Shown here: positions 15,270-28,312 of the stretch, one piece after another
How positions within the stretch are numbered: position 1 is the first letter of the stretch
Layout: each line of letters starts with the position of its first letter
Assembly (NCBI RefSeq): GCF_009914755.1
Contig: NC_060941.1
DNA from: the human T2T-CHM13v2.0 reference genome, Homo sapiens
Direction: 5' to 3' (one strand)
DNA: 64,000 bases
Notes under the pieces: generated by a model
What the model saw: the letters and a program-made list of their open reading frames with translations, nothing else
The model's database searches: none
Told to the model about the DNA's origin: nothing
Program-made: the position numbers and the translations under genes

Positions 15270-15460
15270 TCCCAGAAATATAAGCTACATATATGTGTGT
15301 GTGTATGTTATATATACATGAATGATATGTATATATATATACATAAGATATATGTATATATTTGTATGTACAAATACATTTACACATATATGTATATAAA
15401 CATGGTGTACTGTATATATGTTACATGTTACATATAAGTGTATATACATATATAAAATAT
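15270..15460 (+). repeat. Dispersed direct duplication, derived copy (source 16556-16757)
   Basis: tcccagaaatataagctacatatatgtg...tataaaatat matches including the irregular interruptions. Confidence 0.93.
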
Positions 15461-16555
15461 TCATTTCTACAAGTTAACTAGATTCAAATGTACAAGGATC
15501 TTTTCCAGAGCGCCTTCCTGGTACTTTTATGCTGAATCTGATTTTTCTAATCTGCTTTTTCATACTACATTTTATAAAGTTATCATTGATATCACTGCAT
15601 TTTAATTATTGAGTTCACCATTTTCCTTTCCCACTAAAATATGAAATCCTCAAAGTCCTAGTTTTCCTCTTCCACATCTATATCCTAAAAACCTAAAAGA
15701 AAGTCTAGCAGATATTCAGTAAATATTTATTGAATAAACCACACTACTAAAGTTCCAGATAAGATGCACATATATGATTGTAGGCTATATTGAAGTTCAC
15801 ATCAGCAGCTGGAGAAAGGAAGTCAATTCGTTAACAAGGTTTTATTTATTATTATGCTGCCAAGATTAATTTTATCTCTTTGCTTTCATGTAAGTTACTG
15901 TGCTTAGGATAAAATGGTGACCTCACGTTTGAATTTCACTAATTTTGCCTTTCACAGCAGGGAACTAGACTAAGTCAGCATTTTTATGTCCTAAACTACC
16001 TTCAAGACATAAGGTCTTACTTAAAATAATAAATGATCATCCTTCAAGAGTCAATTAGAATCAGAATCATAACAATTTCTTTCTGGAAAAGACAGTCTTA
16101 AGAGACATGTATTTCAACTGTAGTTGAACTGACTCATAAATTTGATAATTGTTCTTCCTGCTGTGAATGTTAGCTTCTATTCTACTTTTAGCCCAACATA
16201 TATAGTTCCTTGCGACTATAGAATCTGTGATAATCACTCTAAATTTTATACAAAAATGTACACTTATTTAGTGGCTGTTTCAGTCATTCAAAACAGTCTG
16301 GAAACTAAAAAATTTAACCAAATAAAAATTTCAAGGGGAAAGTCATGTTATTGTTTTTCTTCAAACATACTGTTTTTAGCCTAGAGCAAAAGTAAACGTT
16401 AAGTGGTCCCTGCAGGGATATCTGACATAGAGGGCTCATTAAGCTGAAGAATTATCCAGCAAGTGTCAAAGAGTTAGTGGAGCTGTCAATGGTACAGAAA
16501 CTTCTTTGCGAAATTTATGCCATGCCTTTGATATACCACTAGTCCCAGGGCAAGT

Positions 16556-16890
16556 TCCCAGAAATATAAGCTACATATATGTGTGTGTGCGTGTGTGTGT
16601 GTATGTGTATGTTATATATATATGAATGATATGTATACGTATATACATAAGATATATGTATATATTTGTATGTACAAATATATTTACACATATATGTATA
16701 TAAACATGGTATACTGTATATATGTTACATATAACTGTATGTACATATATAAAATATATAGGTACAGACACATACTGTATATGATTTATTTCACTCAACA
16801 TATATGTTTATACACATACATGAATATAAACATGGTGTGTATATATGTATATATAACATATATACATATATACACACGATGTATATACTT
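16556..16890. repeat. Degenerate (TA/TG/CA)n low-complexity tract; first 200 bp are the source of 15270-15460
   Basis: Alternating purine-pyrimidine tract. Confidence 0.9.
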
Positions 16891-17198
16891 GTTGACTTCA
16901 ATCTAATATGTTTGATGCTGTGATAAATACAGATAGTGCCCTGTGGAAGCACAGATGAGTGACAGCTCCAGAGTCAGAAAACATTCTCTACAGGAGCTGG
17001 AAAACAAGCTCAGTTTCAATGGAAAGGCTAAGAATGGAGGCGCTGATAGGGCGTTGGATTACAGAGAACTTGAAGAGGAGGGCAAACATTACATGGAATG
17101 AAGAAGGGAATAGACCAGGGTACATATATGGGCAATTTACCAGTGATTTGTCCTCATAAAGTAGTGAGCAAGGTGAAGGTGGGAAAGTGAGTAGAGGC

Positions 17199-17723
17199 CA
17201 GGTCACAGAATCTTGGGAATTTCCTGTGGATGATAGGATGCCCCTATAGGGTTTTCAAGCAGGAGAAAGACTTGACCAGAGTTTTATTTGAGGAGAACAC
17301 TCAGATGGCATTGTGGAAGATGGATTGCATAGAGGAAGCTATAAAAGAAGCTATAAACCGGGTTGGAGATGGTCCCATTTGTGAAAGTTACTGATGTTGG
17401 GACCTGTTCTAGAATTTTGGAAGTTGGGGGGATGAACAAAAACACGTACATTTGAGGAATGTTTGAGATGGAAGTCCCAGAAATTACTTTAAATCAAATC
17501 TAAAATTTACCACATTTATCTGACATGACACACATTAAAATGATTTGTTTCACACCAAAATTATTGCTGCTATCATTCCGGTTGTTAGAGTTTCCCATTC
17601 CAAGACGTTGACTTTCACCACCACCTCGCCATGCATACCTGTGCACATAGAATGCAAATACTCACATCCCTACACACAGGCGCGCGCGCGCGCGCGCACA
17701 CACACACACACACACACGCACAC
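17199..17723 (+). repeat. Source segment of 14220-14741 (antisense L2 piece plus flank), ending in (GC)9(AC)n
   Basis: Direct match; continuous with upstream L2-like sequence from ~16900. Confidence 0.93.
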
Positions 17724-19484
17724 TGGCTGTATGCCATTATAATGCCTTGCTTAAAGAGTACAGAGTCACTCCTAATTATATCACAAATGAAGTCAAGAAA
17801 TTCAATTTTGTGCTCAGGCCTAGCTCTCTCATTAAGGTTACTGCAATTTGGGAAGTTAAAAAAATGTTGGAATGGAGATGAATGAGGAACAAAGTCATTG
17901 GGGAGCTGACTTATCCTCAATTCTTCATTTCGCTTTGAAAGTAAATACATCGGCCTTGGGCTCTAGGCTACAAAGAAAATAATGGGCAATTATTCGGTTG
18001 ATCTGATCACGATAGACTGTGAAACCAGATAATGCCTCCTGCACTCCTCATTACACCCTCCCCTCCAAGAGCACGTTGTTTTGTCTACACAGAAATTTCC
18101 AAATATAGCTCAGGTATGTTGTTTCAGGACCTCAGCAGTGACTGCAGCTTGAGGTCCGTCTTTTAGTCCAGTTTTGCAGAGTGCAGTGTCTCAGTAAATT
18201 ACAAAATAAATGCCTTCTGTTACATGGGGACCGCTGAACACCAGAGGGAGTTAAGGGTTTCCTTCGACAGCGGTGATGCATGTTTCGTTTTTAAAAGGTT
18301 CCCATGAAATACTGAAATGGAGAAACAAATAAATTTATTCTTTAATTCATAAAGTATATTGGGAAGAAAGATAGCTGTTGATTGGTAAAAAACTCTACTG
18401 TATTTTTGTTTAAACTGAAGAATGTGGTTGATGTAAAAACAACTTCTCCTCACTTTTTTTTCCAGTTTTCTTCTTTATGTTGACAATTTCCCGCTATTTT
18501 GAAGGACATTACTAACGTGTAAAAGTCCCTTCTTTCTTACTGCAAGTAAGCCTGTTTTCAAATTTAGGCAGAAGGAAAAAATTCCTTTTTCTTTCTTTAA
18601 TTTAAGCAGACTGTGCCTGAGTGCATTTTTTTAAAAGGCTGCAGAGGTAAAACTAGGCCACAGAAGTGATATTAGCTCCAGGAAAAATAGTCTGATTTAC
18701 ACTTGAATGCAGTTATTTCAACTTTTCAAGTAATGTAATCTTACAGAGATCTCCATTCCAAAAATATGACAATGTACAAAGTAGAAAAATCAAACTTCAC
18801 AGGATCATTTTATTTCCATTAAATTCCACTCTGAATATTGCAGAAGGTAATATTTAGTTTTATTATTATTAATTCCAAATATAACAAATAGTGGTCTCCA
18901 TCTGGGTTGATTTATTATCATTTAAAATAGTAGAACATTTTAAGCTTTCACTTTATAGAAGATAGCATAGGATATGTTCCAAACTACTGTTTCTTCAATT
19001 CCCCTTTTGCTAAAAGTAGAATGGTCTAGATTCTTAGAAAGCATGTATTATAGACAGGACTATTTTTGAGAAAACAACAGTAATTGGACTTGTAATTATT
19101 AAAAGATTTATACATGAATGCCTTGAGAAAACAATAATAACACATGAAGAGTTATTAGAGAATATTATCACTATATCCTATGCATGTGTATCATGTTATA
19201 TCTTATTAGTAATATTGGACTTTCCTTTTCTAGCTTATAAATTGCCTGTGATTAGGCATTTTTCCAGCTTGATAAAGCATCTTTCAACCAAATGTGAAAA
19301 AGCATTATCAAAAATAAATTTTAGAAATACTTTGGGTCTATCCTATTCAGTATAATATCATGCTGTTACTAATGTAATCTTTTAAATTTCTTACAATAAT
19401 CCAGTGATTATTATTTCTAATATACTTAGGAAAGTGTAATGAAGTATCTGAACTCTATTATCACCAAGAAGTTGATTCTTCATG

Positions 19485-19620
19485 AGAGGCAGCAGAGTGT
19501 AGGGTTAGGGGAATAGATTGTGGAGATCAAAGGTCTGGGTTCAAATCCTAGCACTTTCACTGATTGTTTCTTTGCTTTTGGGCAAACTTTTAACCTGTCT
19601 ATGTCCCATTATTTGTACCA
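19485..19620 (+). mobile_element. MIR
   Basis: gaggcagcagagtgtagggttag...ctgggttcaaatcctagcac...ttgggcaaacttttaacc. Confidence 0.75.
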
Positions 19621-21844
19621 AATTACTTGGCTTCATTTTTGCCAATCATAGGAAGAGGGTCACAATAGAATGGGGTTATAGAACTAAGAATTTTGGGGTT
19701 CATGGTGGAAAATATTTTTACTCATGTCTGCCATATAATGCTATAAAGGTTTGCTATGATTATATTTGTATATTGACTAATTTTGCATCACTTTGGGTAT
19801 TTTGTAAGGTGAGTAAATATGTGAGAGACAGAGAGCTGAACTAGTGGTCCTTATTATGTGAAGAAATATTGAAAATGAAAAGATCAATACTAGCCTCATT
19901 TTAATTAGACTCTTAACTAGAATGATATGGACTTGGGAATGAGAAATAAACACGGAACTAAAAAACCACAAAGAAGGTAGTGGACCCTCATTACATATAC
20001 TGAATGAATCAAGGCAAATGAGTAAAGTCCCTTGGTAGTTAAAAAAAAAGTCCTGAAGCAAAGGACACCTTTTTATCGTTTTTAAATACTTCACTTGTAA
20101 TCTTTGATATCAGATCAGTCACATTATCATTCATCAGATTTTAAATCCCTGCACTAGTCCTCTCAACACCCATCTAAAATTATTAGAATTTATATTCAAC
20201 ACAACATGTTTGCATTCAGATTCAGCATCCTTTCAGCACTTGCAGAAAAGTAGCAATGAAAATATAACGTAACCTTAAATGAAATATATCACCATTCTTG
20301 CTCAGGCAGACAAAAAGACTCTGTGGAAACAGTGCCTCTAAAGAACTTTAGCATTTTAGATGTAGTAATTTCTATTCTAATAAGAGTATATTATAGCAGT
20401 GAGTAAGAATATTAATGCACCTTATTCTGGAGAGGGAAAAAAAGGAGCTCTTTTCCGATGTCATCGCCTTGAGGGCTAATAAGCATGCCATTTGATCCAC
20501 TTAATTGTCTTCACTCTGCTCTATGAATTGCCTACAAGATTCTTTATCTTTCCTGGACATGAGTAATGTGAACATACATCAATGCTAGGAGTTTGACCTT
20601 CTCCACTGAGCTTCCCTTAAGAGGATCGTCTACCATGGGGAAAAGTAAAAGATAGTGGAAACGTTTTTTAAAAAATGAATTAGGTTGGAGAGAAAATCCA
20701 TCTATTTCATCACTAAACCTCAGATAAATAGATGACCCCGTTAGCAGTGCCCTTGGAGCCCTACTGTTATACAAATTGATCGACAAATGTTCTCCCAATA
20801 GAGAACTGTGACCTATTTATCTCAGAAGAGCCAAAGACCGAGTTAAATCTCTTAAAATATCACACCCTTGGTGCTTCAGCCATTTTCCTTTGTTGCTCTT
20901 TAATTTGAGACATTTGTCAAGGAAAGAAAATATATGTCTTCTGGGAGTTCCCTTGTGGAGTTACGAAGGATGCAAATCTGGCCCGAGATATCATGAGCCT
21001 TCCAAGAAAGTCAAAACTCACACTCTTGCTTTTCTCATTTATTGCCCAGCTTTTCAGCTAGAGCTGGAATATGCTCACTGACTCCTTCTGACAGTGTTTT
21101 TCTAATGGATATGAGAAGCATTAGGACCACAGGCTTTAGACCCCCACAGGAGCACTGCTAAAACCAAAAGACTAATTTTTAATCCCTCAAATTAAGAAAA
21201 TAGAAAAGAAAACACCAAAGATCAAGGGCACATCATGAGTAAGAAAGCAGCTGACAAGTCTTGTGGTTTGTCTTGCTTTCTTGTCCAGAAGAATGAGATT
21301 GTTAGTTGAGTTTTTCTCATTCACTTTACATTGTTTGGAGCAAGCCAATTCTATCCCAGAATCTCAATTTCCTCCTCTGTTATATGAAAGGATCAGGGTG
21401 TGTAATCTCTAAGGCCTCTTTTGAGTCTATGATTTTTACTACTAATTTAGTTAGGAAAATTTAGGCCCTAAAATATAGCAAATGGATATATCAAAAGAAT
21501 GAAAACCAGTAAAAAAAAAAATATAAATTTCTTAATGACTTCCAAGAAAACAAACACCAGCCAGTTCAAGATGCCAAAAGTGCATTGTGTTTTCAGTAAT
21601 ACATTTAAATTAAATTTGTTCATCCCAAAACTTTTGACCCAAAGAAATCTCGTGTCTAAAGGCTAGAGCTCTGGGCCTATTTCCTTCTTTGACAGAGTAG
21701 AAACCCTTGACTTTACATCTCAGAGCTCCCAAATTACAAATGATATCAAGAGATGAAGAATAATTGCAAAAAAGCAAGGGGAGGGGTATAGGATTTTCAA
21801 GGCATAAGTGTTCACACACAAACACATGCTTGATTCAAAGAATA

Positions 21845-23397
21845 CAGTCATATGTTGACTAACAACAGAGAAACGTTATGAGAAACATGTTGTTAGGCAA
21901 TTTTGTTATTGTGTGAACATCAGAGTTTACATAAACCTACATGGTGCAGCCTACTACACACCTAGGCTATATGGTACAGCTTATGGCTCCTAGGCTACAA
22001 ATCTGTACAGCATGTTACTCTACTGAATGCTACAGGTAATTGTAACACGATGATAAATATTTGTATATCTAAACATAGAACAGGTACAGTAAAAATATGG
22101 TATAAAAGATAAAAAAAAAAGTACACTTGTATAAGGCATTTGTCATGAATGGAGCTTGCAGGGCTGGAGGTTGCCCTGGGTGAGTTGGTGAGTGAATGGT
22201 AAGTGAATTTGAAGGCCTAGGGCATTTCTGTGCACTACTGTAGACTTTGTAAATGCCATACACTGTAGGCTATACTAAATTTATATAAAAACTTTTCTTC
22301 AATAATAAATTAACTTTAGCTTGCTATAACTTTTTTGCTTTATAAACTTGTACTTTTTTAAAAAGCTTTTTGACCCTTTTATAAACCCTTAGTTTAAAAC
22401 ACAAATATACTGCACAGTGATCAAAAATATTTTCTTTCTTTATATCCTTATTCTATAAGCTTTTTTTAATATTTAATTTTTTAACTTTTTAAACTAAAAA
22501 CTAACACACAAATCTACATATCAACCTAGTCCTACACAGGGTCAGGACCATCACTATCTTCTACCTCTGGATCTTGTCCCACTAGAAGGTCTTCAGGGGC
22601 AACAGCACACAAGGAGCTGTCATCTATGATAACAATGCCTTCTTCTGGAATACATCCAGAAGAACCTACCTGAGGCTATTTTACAGTTAATATTATTTGT
22701 TTATAATTAGAAGGAGTATATCTTAAAATAACAATAAAAAGTATAGTATAGTAAATACATAAATCAATAACATAGTTGCTATGGTTTGGCTCTGTCCCCT
22801 GCCACAAATCTCAACTTGAATTGCAATTTCCATAATCCCCACGTGTCATGGAAGGGGCCGGGTGAAAGGTAATTGAATCATGGGGGCAGGTCTTTCCCAT
22901 GCTGTTCTCATGATAGTGAATAAGTCTCATGAGATCTGATGGTTTTATAAAGGGGAGTTTCCCTGGACAGGTGCTCTTGCCTGCCACCATGTAAGATGTG
23001 ACTTCGCTCCTCTTTGCCTTCCGCCATGATTGTGAGGCCCCCCCAGCCATGTGGAACTGAGTCCATTAAACCTCTTTCCTATATAAATTAGCCAGTCTCC
23101 CATATGTCTTTATTAGCAGTGTGAGAACAGACTAATATAATAGTCATTTATTATCATTATCAAGTATGATGTATTACATATAACTGTATGTGCTATACTT
23201 CTGCACGACTGGCAGCACAGTGGGTCTGTTTACACCAGCATCACTACAAATACATGAACAATGCATTGCCACTAGGACCTTAGGATGGCTACAATGTCAC
23301 TAGGCAAAAGGGATTTTTTGGTTTACTTATCTTATGGAAACACTGTCATATATACAGTCTGTGATTGGCCACAATACCATTATACGGTATATGACTA
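21845..23397 (+). mobile_element. Tigger3b (Golem/MER7, TcMar-Tigger) interrupted by THE1
   Basis: TA-cagtcat...atgacta-TA termini; gcctactacacacctaggctatatggta; ~1.19 kb net of the LTR. Confidence 0.9.
22777..23139 (+). mobile_element. THE1 (B/C-like) solo LTR
   Basis: LTR termini and 5-bp TSD atagt. Confidence 0.95.
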
Positions 23398-24228
23398 TAA
23401 TTATTAAAATGCTACTAGTGAAAGCACAACATTAAAAACATTTTGTTCTTTCCCTTAAAGGGACTCTGGTGTGGGTGCTATGATATATAAAAGTAAATTC
23501 AATATTTGGCATTATGTCACCAGAGCAGATAAAGTGGTGTAAAAAAGGAGGGAAAGCCATTTCCCACAGGAGAGTCAAGGAAGGCTTTGTGGAGGATGTG
23601 TCATTTGAGATGGGCCATAAAACACAGGTAGTATTTATATTTTAAAGACATTTGGGGTGGAGGAAACTGAATCCATCCATTTATTCACTTCTGCATTCAT
23701 TTACTCATTTACCCAACATCTATTAACCAATGACAATCCACAAGGTATTGTGTTGAATCCCAGACTATGAGGTCAAATAAAACAAAGTCTTTGCTTTCAG
23801 GGCATACTACTTATTTGAAAAATAGCTAAGAGATCAGATCATCTAGGTCATAAAATACACATAAAAGAGTAGAGGATATAAAACAGGGAAGTGGATTAGG
23901 ATCTAAGTGTGGAAGGCCTTGAATCTCAGCTTGATCCTTTTTTGATAGGCAATGAGATGGTCACGGAGGTATCCGGCCAGCCTGCAGGTACAACTTAATC
24001 AACAATGTGCCTTAAGTGAAAGTCACCAAGTAGCCTTAAGTAGCACTGACCGGCGGAAGTAAATTAGGTAGACCTCAAAAAGCAAAAAGAAAAACTAGCA
24101 AACACACACAGGTTAGTAGTCATTTAGTATCTCTATTTCCACACCCTGACTCAAATAACTCCCTTGATTCTCAGAACCAATATTTCTTCTGAAATGGCTC
24201 TCCTGAAGGGTTTAATTTAATACAATTG

Positions 24229-24507
24229 TCCGACATTCTAATTTACTCTCTATGGGTGAAGAGGATGGTATTTACAGGAATTGCTTTCAAATAGACAAAG
24301 TCAACTCTGATACTTGCTCTAGGAGGAAACCACTGTTTTAAAATACCAGATTTGTGGTGTGGACCTAAATATTAAATGCTATTCTTTTTTTTTTTTTAAT
24401 CAAGTGACCTGTCTTCGTCATTATTCTTTCTTCAAGTCATAGACTCTTCTTTTCCTTTTAATGATGTATGGCTCATTGAAATTATTGTTAAAACTGTATT
24501 TAGCACA
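24229..24507 (+). repeat. Dispersed direct duplication, probable derived copy (partner 25271-25545)
   Basis: ~278 bp, ~95% identity; flanked by ttaatacaa(t/a)tgtc direct repeats. Confidence 0.97.
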
Positions 24508-24587
24508 ATTGTAAATTAATACAAATGTCTGCAATCTCAGGGAGACCAGAAGAACTGGAGGAAATGGGGCCAGTGAGACCCAGAAGG

Positions 24588-24701
24588 TAGAGGGACTCGT
24601 TCAACGTCATGAAGTGAGTCAGAGGGGAGTCAGGAACTAACTCCTAGAGGGACTCGTTCAACGTCATGAAGTGAGTCAGAGGGGAGTCAGGAACTAACTC
24701 C
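24588..24701 (+). repeat. Perfect 2 x 57 bp tandem duplication
   Basis: tagagggactcgttcaacgtcatgaagtgagtcagaggggagtcaggaactaactcc twice, no mismatches. Confidence 0.98.
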
Positions 24702-24709
24702 GTGAGTCA
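24615..24709. promoter_or_regulatory. Cluster of three AP-1 consensus sites (candidate enhancer)
   Basis: TGAGTCA at 24615, 24672 and 24703; activity not shown. Confidence 0.5.
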
Positions 24710-25270
24710 TGGCTCCCAGTCTGTGCTCTGACCGCGAGACAAAGCTCCTCCCTGGCCACAGTAAGAGGACTCACCCTTGACGCAGCCAAGCTGGCTCTTT
24801 CTCTACATCTCTGGCCTCCACTAATGGCAGTACTATGTCCTGTTACATTTTGTTCCACGGTCCAGAATACGTTCCAATGAACACATTTTGGCTAGGTGGA
24901 GAAGTGGTAGCAATGAAGTAGTTCACCTTATAATACAAAGCCACTGAAGCCCAGTGCAGGTAAGAGGGCCAGAGTCGGAAATGGAGTGAGCAGATTCCAC
25001 CAAGTCTGAAATGAGAAACTTTCAGTTTACACAGTTGAGGCATTCAGCAAGTCAGAAAAAGATAGGAAAAGAAGCCAGGGGTAGAGCAAGATGTTGGGAG
25101 TGTCTTTTTCCGCTCCTAAATCAGTAACACACTTCTGCTCTGGGATAGCATATTAAGATGAGGAATGAATACATTAGAATAAGATGGGCTGAAAAGTCTG
25201 TTGATATTCCTGTGGATATTATCTATTATTTGTTTGTTAGAATATCTATGCTTATTACCACTTCTCCATA

Positions 25271-25545
25271 TCCGACATTCTAATTTACTTTCTATGGTGA
25301 AGAGGATGGCATTTACGGGAATTGCTTTCAAATGGACAAAGTCAACTCTGATACTTGCTCTGGGAGGAAACCACTGTTTTATAATACCAGATTTATGGTA
25401 TGGACCTAAATATTAAATGCTATTCTTTTTTTTTTATTAAGTGACCTGTCTTAGTCATTATTCTTTCTTCAAGTCATAGAGTCTTCTTTTCCTTTTAATG
25501 ATGTATGGCTCATTGAAATTATTGTTAAAACTGTATTTTAGCACA
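25271..25545 (+). repeat. Partner (probable source) of 24229-24507
   Basis: Direct match, non-TE-looking sequence. Confidence 0.97.
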
Positions 25546-25819
25546 GCTTTACATATACAATATTAAAAACATGCCTTGGTCATTAATGCTGTGGAAATAT
25601 AAATACTCCTTGTGTAGATCTGTGGCCATTTCTTACAGTTCCAAGGTAAAGGTACATTTACAAGCGTCTGGGAGAAATGAGTAATAATACCTTTTTCATA
25701 TGAAAATATCAATGTGGGAAAGCCAGTGTACTCAATAATTCTTTATAGTGGAGGTGGTTCTCGTACTCATAGGAGCAAAATATTGCATTAAAAATTTAAA
25801 ATTTTATTTAAGTAAAGTC

Positions 25820-26145
25820 TATGCACACTCAAAAATTCAAAGTCAAAACCACAAAAAGCTAACCTATATCATTGAGGGATGCATACGTAAGTGATAAAAA
25901 TATAAATAAATGCAAAAATTATTATTACAGAAGTCATATTAATATCAGCTTTAAAGGTTAGGAGGAGGTTTTGCTCAGAGAGAGTAGATGGTTTAGGGGT
26001 TGAGGGTGCTTTCAGGGGCTGGCAATGTTCTACTTTTTGACCTGGGTGGTGGTTGCACAGACATTTATTATATTGTTAAACTGTCCAAATGTGTTTTATG
26101 CAGCTTTCTGTGTGTATGTTATAATTCACAATAAAAAGTTTTTAA
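25820..26145 (+). mobile_element. L1ME/MC 3' end
   Basis: ggggctggcaatgttctactttttgacctgggtggtggttgcacag...ttcacaataaaaag. Confidence 0.75.
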
Positions 26146-26521
26146 AAGTTGAATAGTACTAAAAGATTATAATGAAAAACAGCTGTTTCTTGCCCCGCTT
26201 GTCCTCACCTTTAATTCCTACTCAACAGATGCAGCCACTTTAGCTGTTTCTAATGGTATTGATCTTTATATTTCTAAAGAAAATGCTTCTATGTCTATCT
26301 TTTTTTTAACTTTATGCATTATATTTCCACTTTCTTCTAGAGCTGACAAAGAATTAACTCTGGCACGCATTCCTCAACAGGCATGTCTCTTCTCTCCTTC
26401 CCTCCTGTTCCCAAGATTGTTGGTTAAATGAATAGTCAATACCCACCTTTTTATGACTAGGCATAATTTGCTGATAGCCGAGCTACCCAGTACTTTAAGA
26501 TTACACTTTGTTCTGTTTTGC

Positions 26522-26808
26522 CTTTTTTTTTTTTTTTTTTTGAGACAGAGTCTTGTTCTGTCACCCAGGCTGGAGTGTAGTGGCATGAACATGTCTCACT
26601 GCAGCCTCAATCCCCTGGGCCCAACTGATCCTCCAACCTCAACCTCCTGAGTAGCTGAGACCACAGATACACACCACCACACCCAGCTAATTTTTAAATG
26701 ATCTGTAGATACAGAATTTCCCTATGTTTCCCAGATTGGTCTTGGACTCCTGGGCTCAAGCGATCCTCCTGCTTCAACCTCCCAAAGGGCTGGGATTACA
26801 AGCGTGAG
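26522..26808 (-). mobile_element. AluJ
   Basis: Antisense diverged Alu with polyT. Confidence 0.95.
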
Positions 26809-27584
26809 ATGTCTCATCCTGTTTTGCACATGTTTATACTCTCCTGACGATAGTTGTCCATGTTTTGTTTTTCTTTGTATTTTGTTCTATGTAACTCTCA
26901 CTTATTCAGCTTCAACGATTTTCAGAGAAGAACTATAAATATTCTCTCAGAATATTCCAATATAATCTCTCATCTTGGGGTTCGTGTGTGTGTGTGTGTG
27001 TGTGTGTGTGTATTTTCTCTTTTCTTCTGCCTTAACTTGCATAGGCTATTAATTAGGCCTGCTACAACAGCCATCTTATAAGTCTTCTCTTCACCATCAT
27101 TCTGGGAGCTCTCTTCACATCTTCCATATTGCATAAATTCCTACATATTCCTTCTTTATAAATTAATGCCTTGGAGTGTGACACCAGAAGCTTCCTAGAA
27201 AAAGAAGCGTGGCTGGTCATTTTTTTGAGAGTTGACAGGTCTGAAAATATCTCAATTTTACTATTACACTCCTATGGTTTGGCTATGATTATAAGTTTTG
27301 AATTTTATTTTTAGAATTTTGAAGATATATTTGTGCTGTATTCTAGCTTCCAGTAATCTCACTCATAATTCCTTTTTGATGTGACTTATGTTTTCTTTAA
27401 AAGCTTGTAGGGTTTTTTTTCTTAATTCTTTGTGTCCTGGAATTTTATTATAAGGCAACTGGATGTGGGTCTGTTTTCTTTAAATTAGTCTGCTGTATAC
27501 AAGGTGATGTCATTTAATCTAGAAACTCATTGTCTTCAATTCTGTGTTATTTCTCTTCTCTTATTTGTCCCTTATTCTTGAACT

Positions 27585-27808
27585 CTTCTTAGAGGTTGAA
27601 CCATCTTTGTCAGTCTTTCACTTTTCTTCTCTTTGTCTTTTTTATCTTCTAATTATTTAGTGCACTTTTAATTATTCTATTCAACTTTAAATTTCCCCTT
27701 TCCATTTCCCTCTCATCTCTTCTCTACATAGCAGTATGAAGTGCTTTTATAGCAGACTGACTTAGTGACCAACTCTTGGTATGTGATACATCTGCACATC
27801 TTCCTTAG
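27585..27808 (+). repeat. Dispersed direct duplication, probable source (partner 29402-29640)
   Basis: gaggttgaaccatct...gcacatcttccttag, ~90% identity plus one indel. Confidence 0.96.
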
Positions 27809-27899
27809 GATAGAAATAAAACCCCTCGGCATGCTGTTACGATTTGGCTTTTGCTTATCTCTGTAGTTCACTAGATTACCACTGCCCAGAATAAGCAAT

Positions 27900-28312
27900 G
27901 CACTATTAAATATCTCCCAGTTCTTTGATTGTGCTATTCACTCCTTCATATTGTTTGCTAGTCTTCTTTGCCTTGATATTTTTATTTCTTTCCTTTATCT
28001 GACTACCACTTATTAATTTAAACTCAGCTGCATATTCTTCTTAAAAGAATAATCTTCTAACACACTTCTCCAAGGCAACACAACCATCTCAGATGCATTC
28101 GGTGTTTCTGTTGAGTGCTTCATAGCATGATACTCTCCTCTATACAAAGGTTTATCACACAGTATTATAACTGTTTGCTGATCTTCCTTGTGAGATCTAT
28201 TGTGCACTCTACTTGAGAAGGAACTATGTCTGTCTTGTTTACACTTGGTGGCCCATCACTAACCAAGTTCATGGATTATAGTCTAGACTCAGTATTTGTT
28301 GAATGGATAAAG
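27900..28312 (+). mobile_element. L2 3' end
   Basis: gaactatgtctgtcttgtttacac...ctcagtatttgttgaatggataa. Confidence 0.7.

Larger units (their letters stand above)
12640..15740 (+). mobile_element. Long fragmented L2 carrying two LTRs and two templated inserts
   Basis: Pyrimidine-rich L2 phrases (tcctactttgctgaagaaatagaagac, catgacttcaacta) and 3' end attcagtaaatatttattgaataaa. Confidence 0.7.
24560..24735 (-). mobile_element. MIR-like fragment
   Basis: tgagacccagaaggtagagggactcgttcaacgtca...ggctcccagtctgtgctct resembles the antisense MIR core. Confidence 0.5.

Noticed and set aside
14563-17742. Paralogous small ORFs MFHTQHVAAII... and MFHTKIIAAII... as a microprotein family
   Set aside because: By-product of the DNA duplication; TTG starts, run into microsatellites, many amino-acid changes.
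24588-24701. CRISPR-like repeat array
   Set aside because: Two abutting units with no spacers, in eukaryotic DNA.
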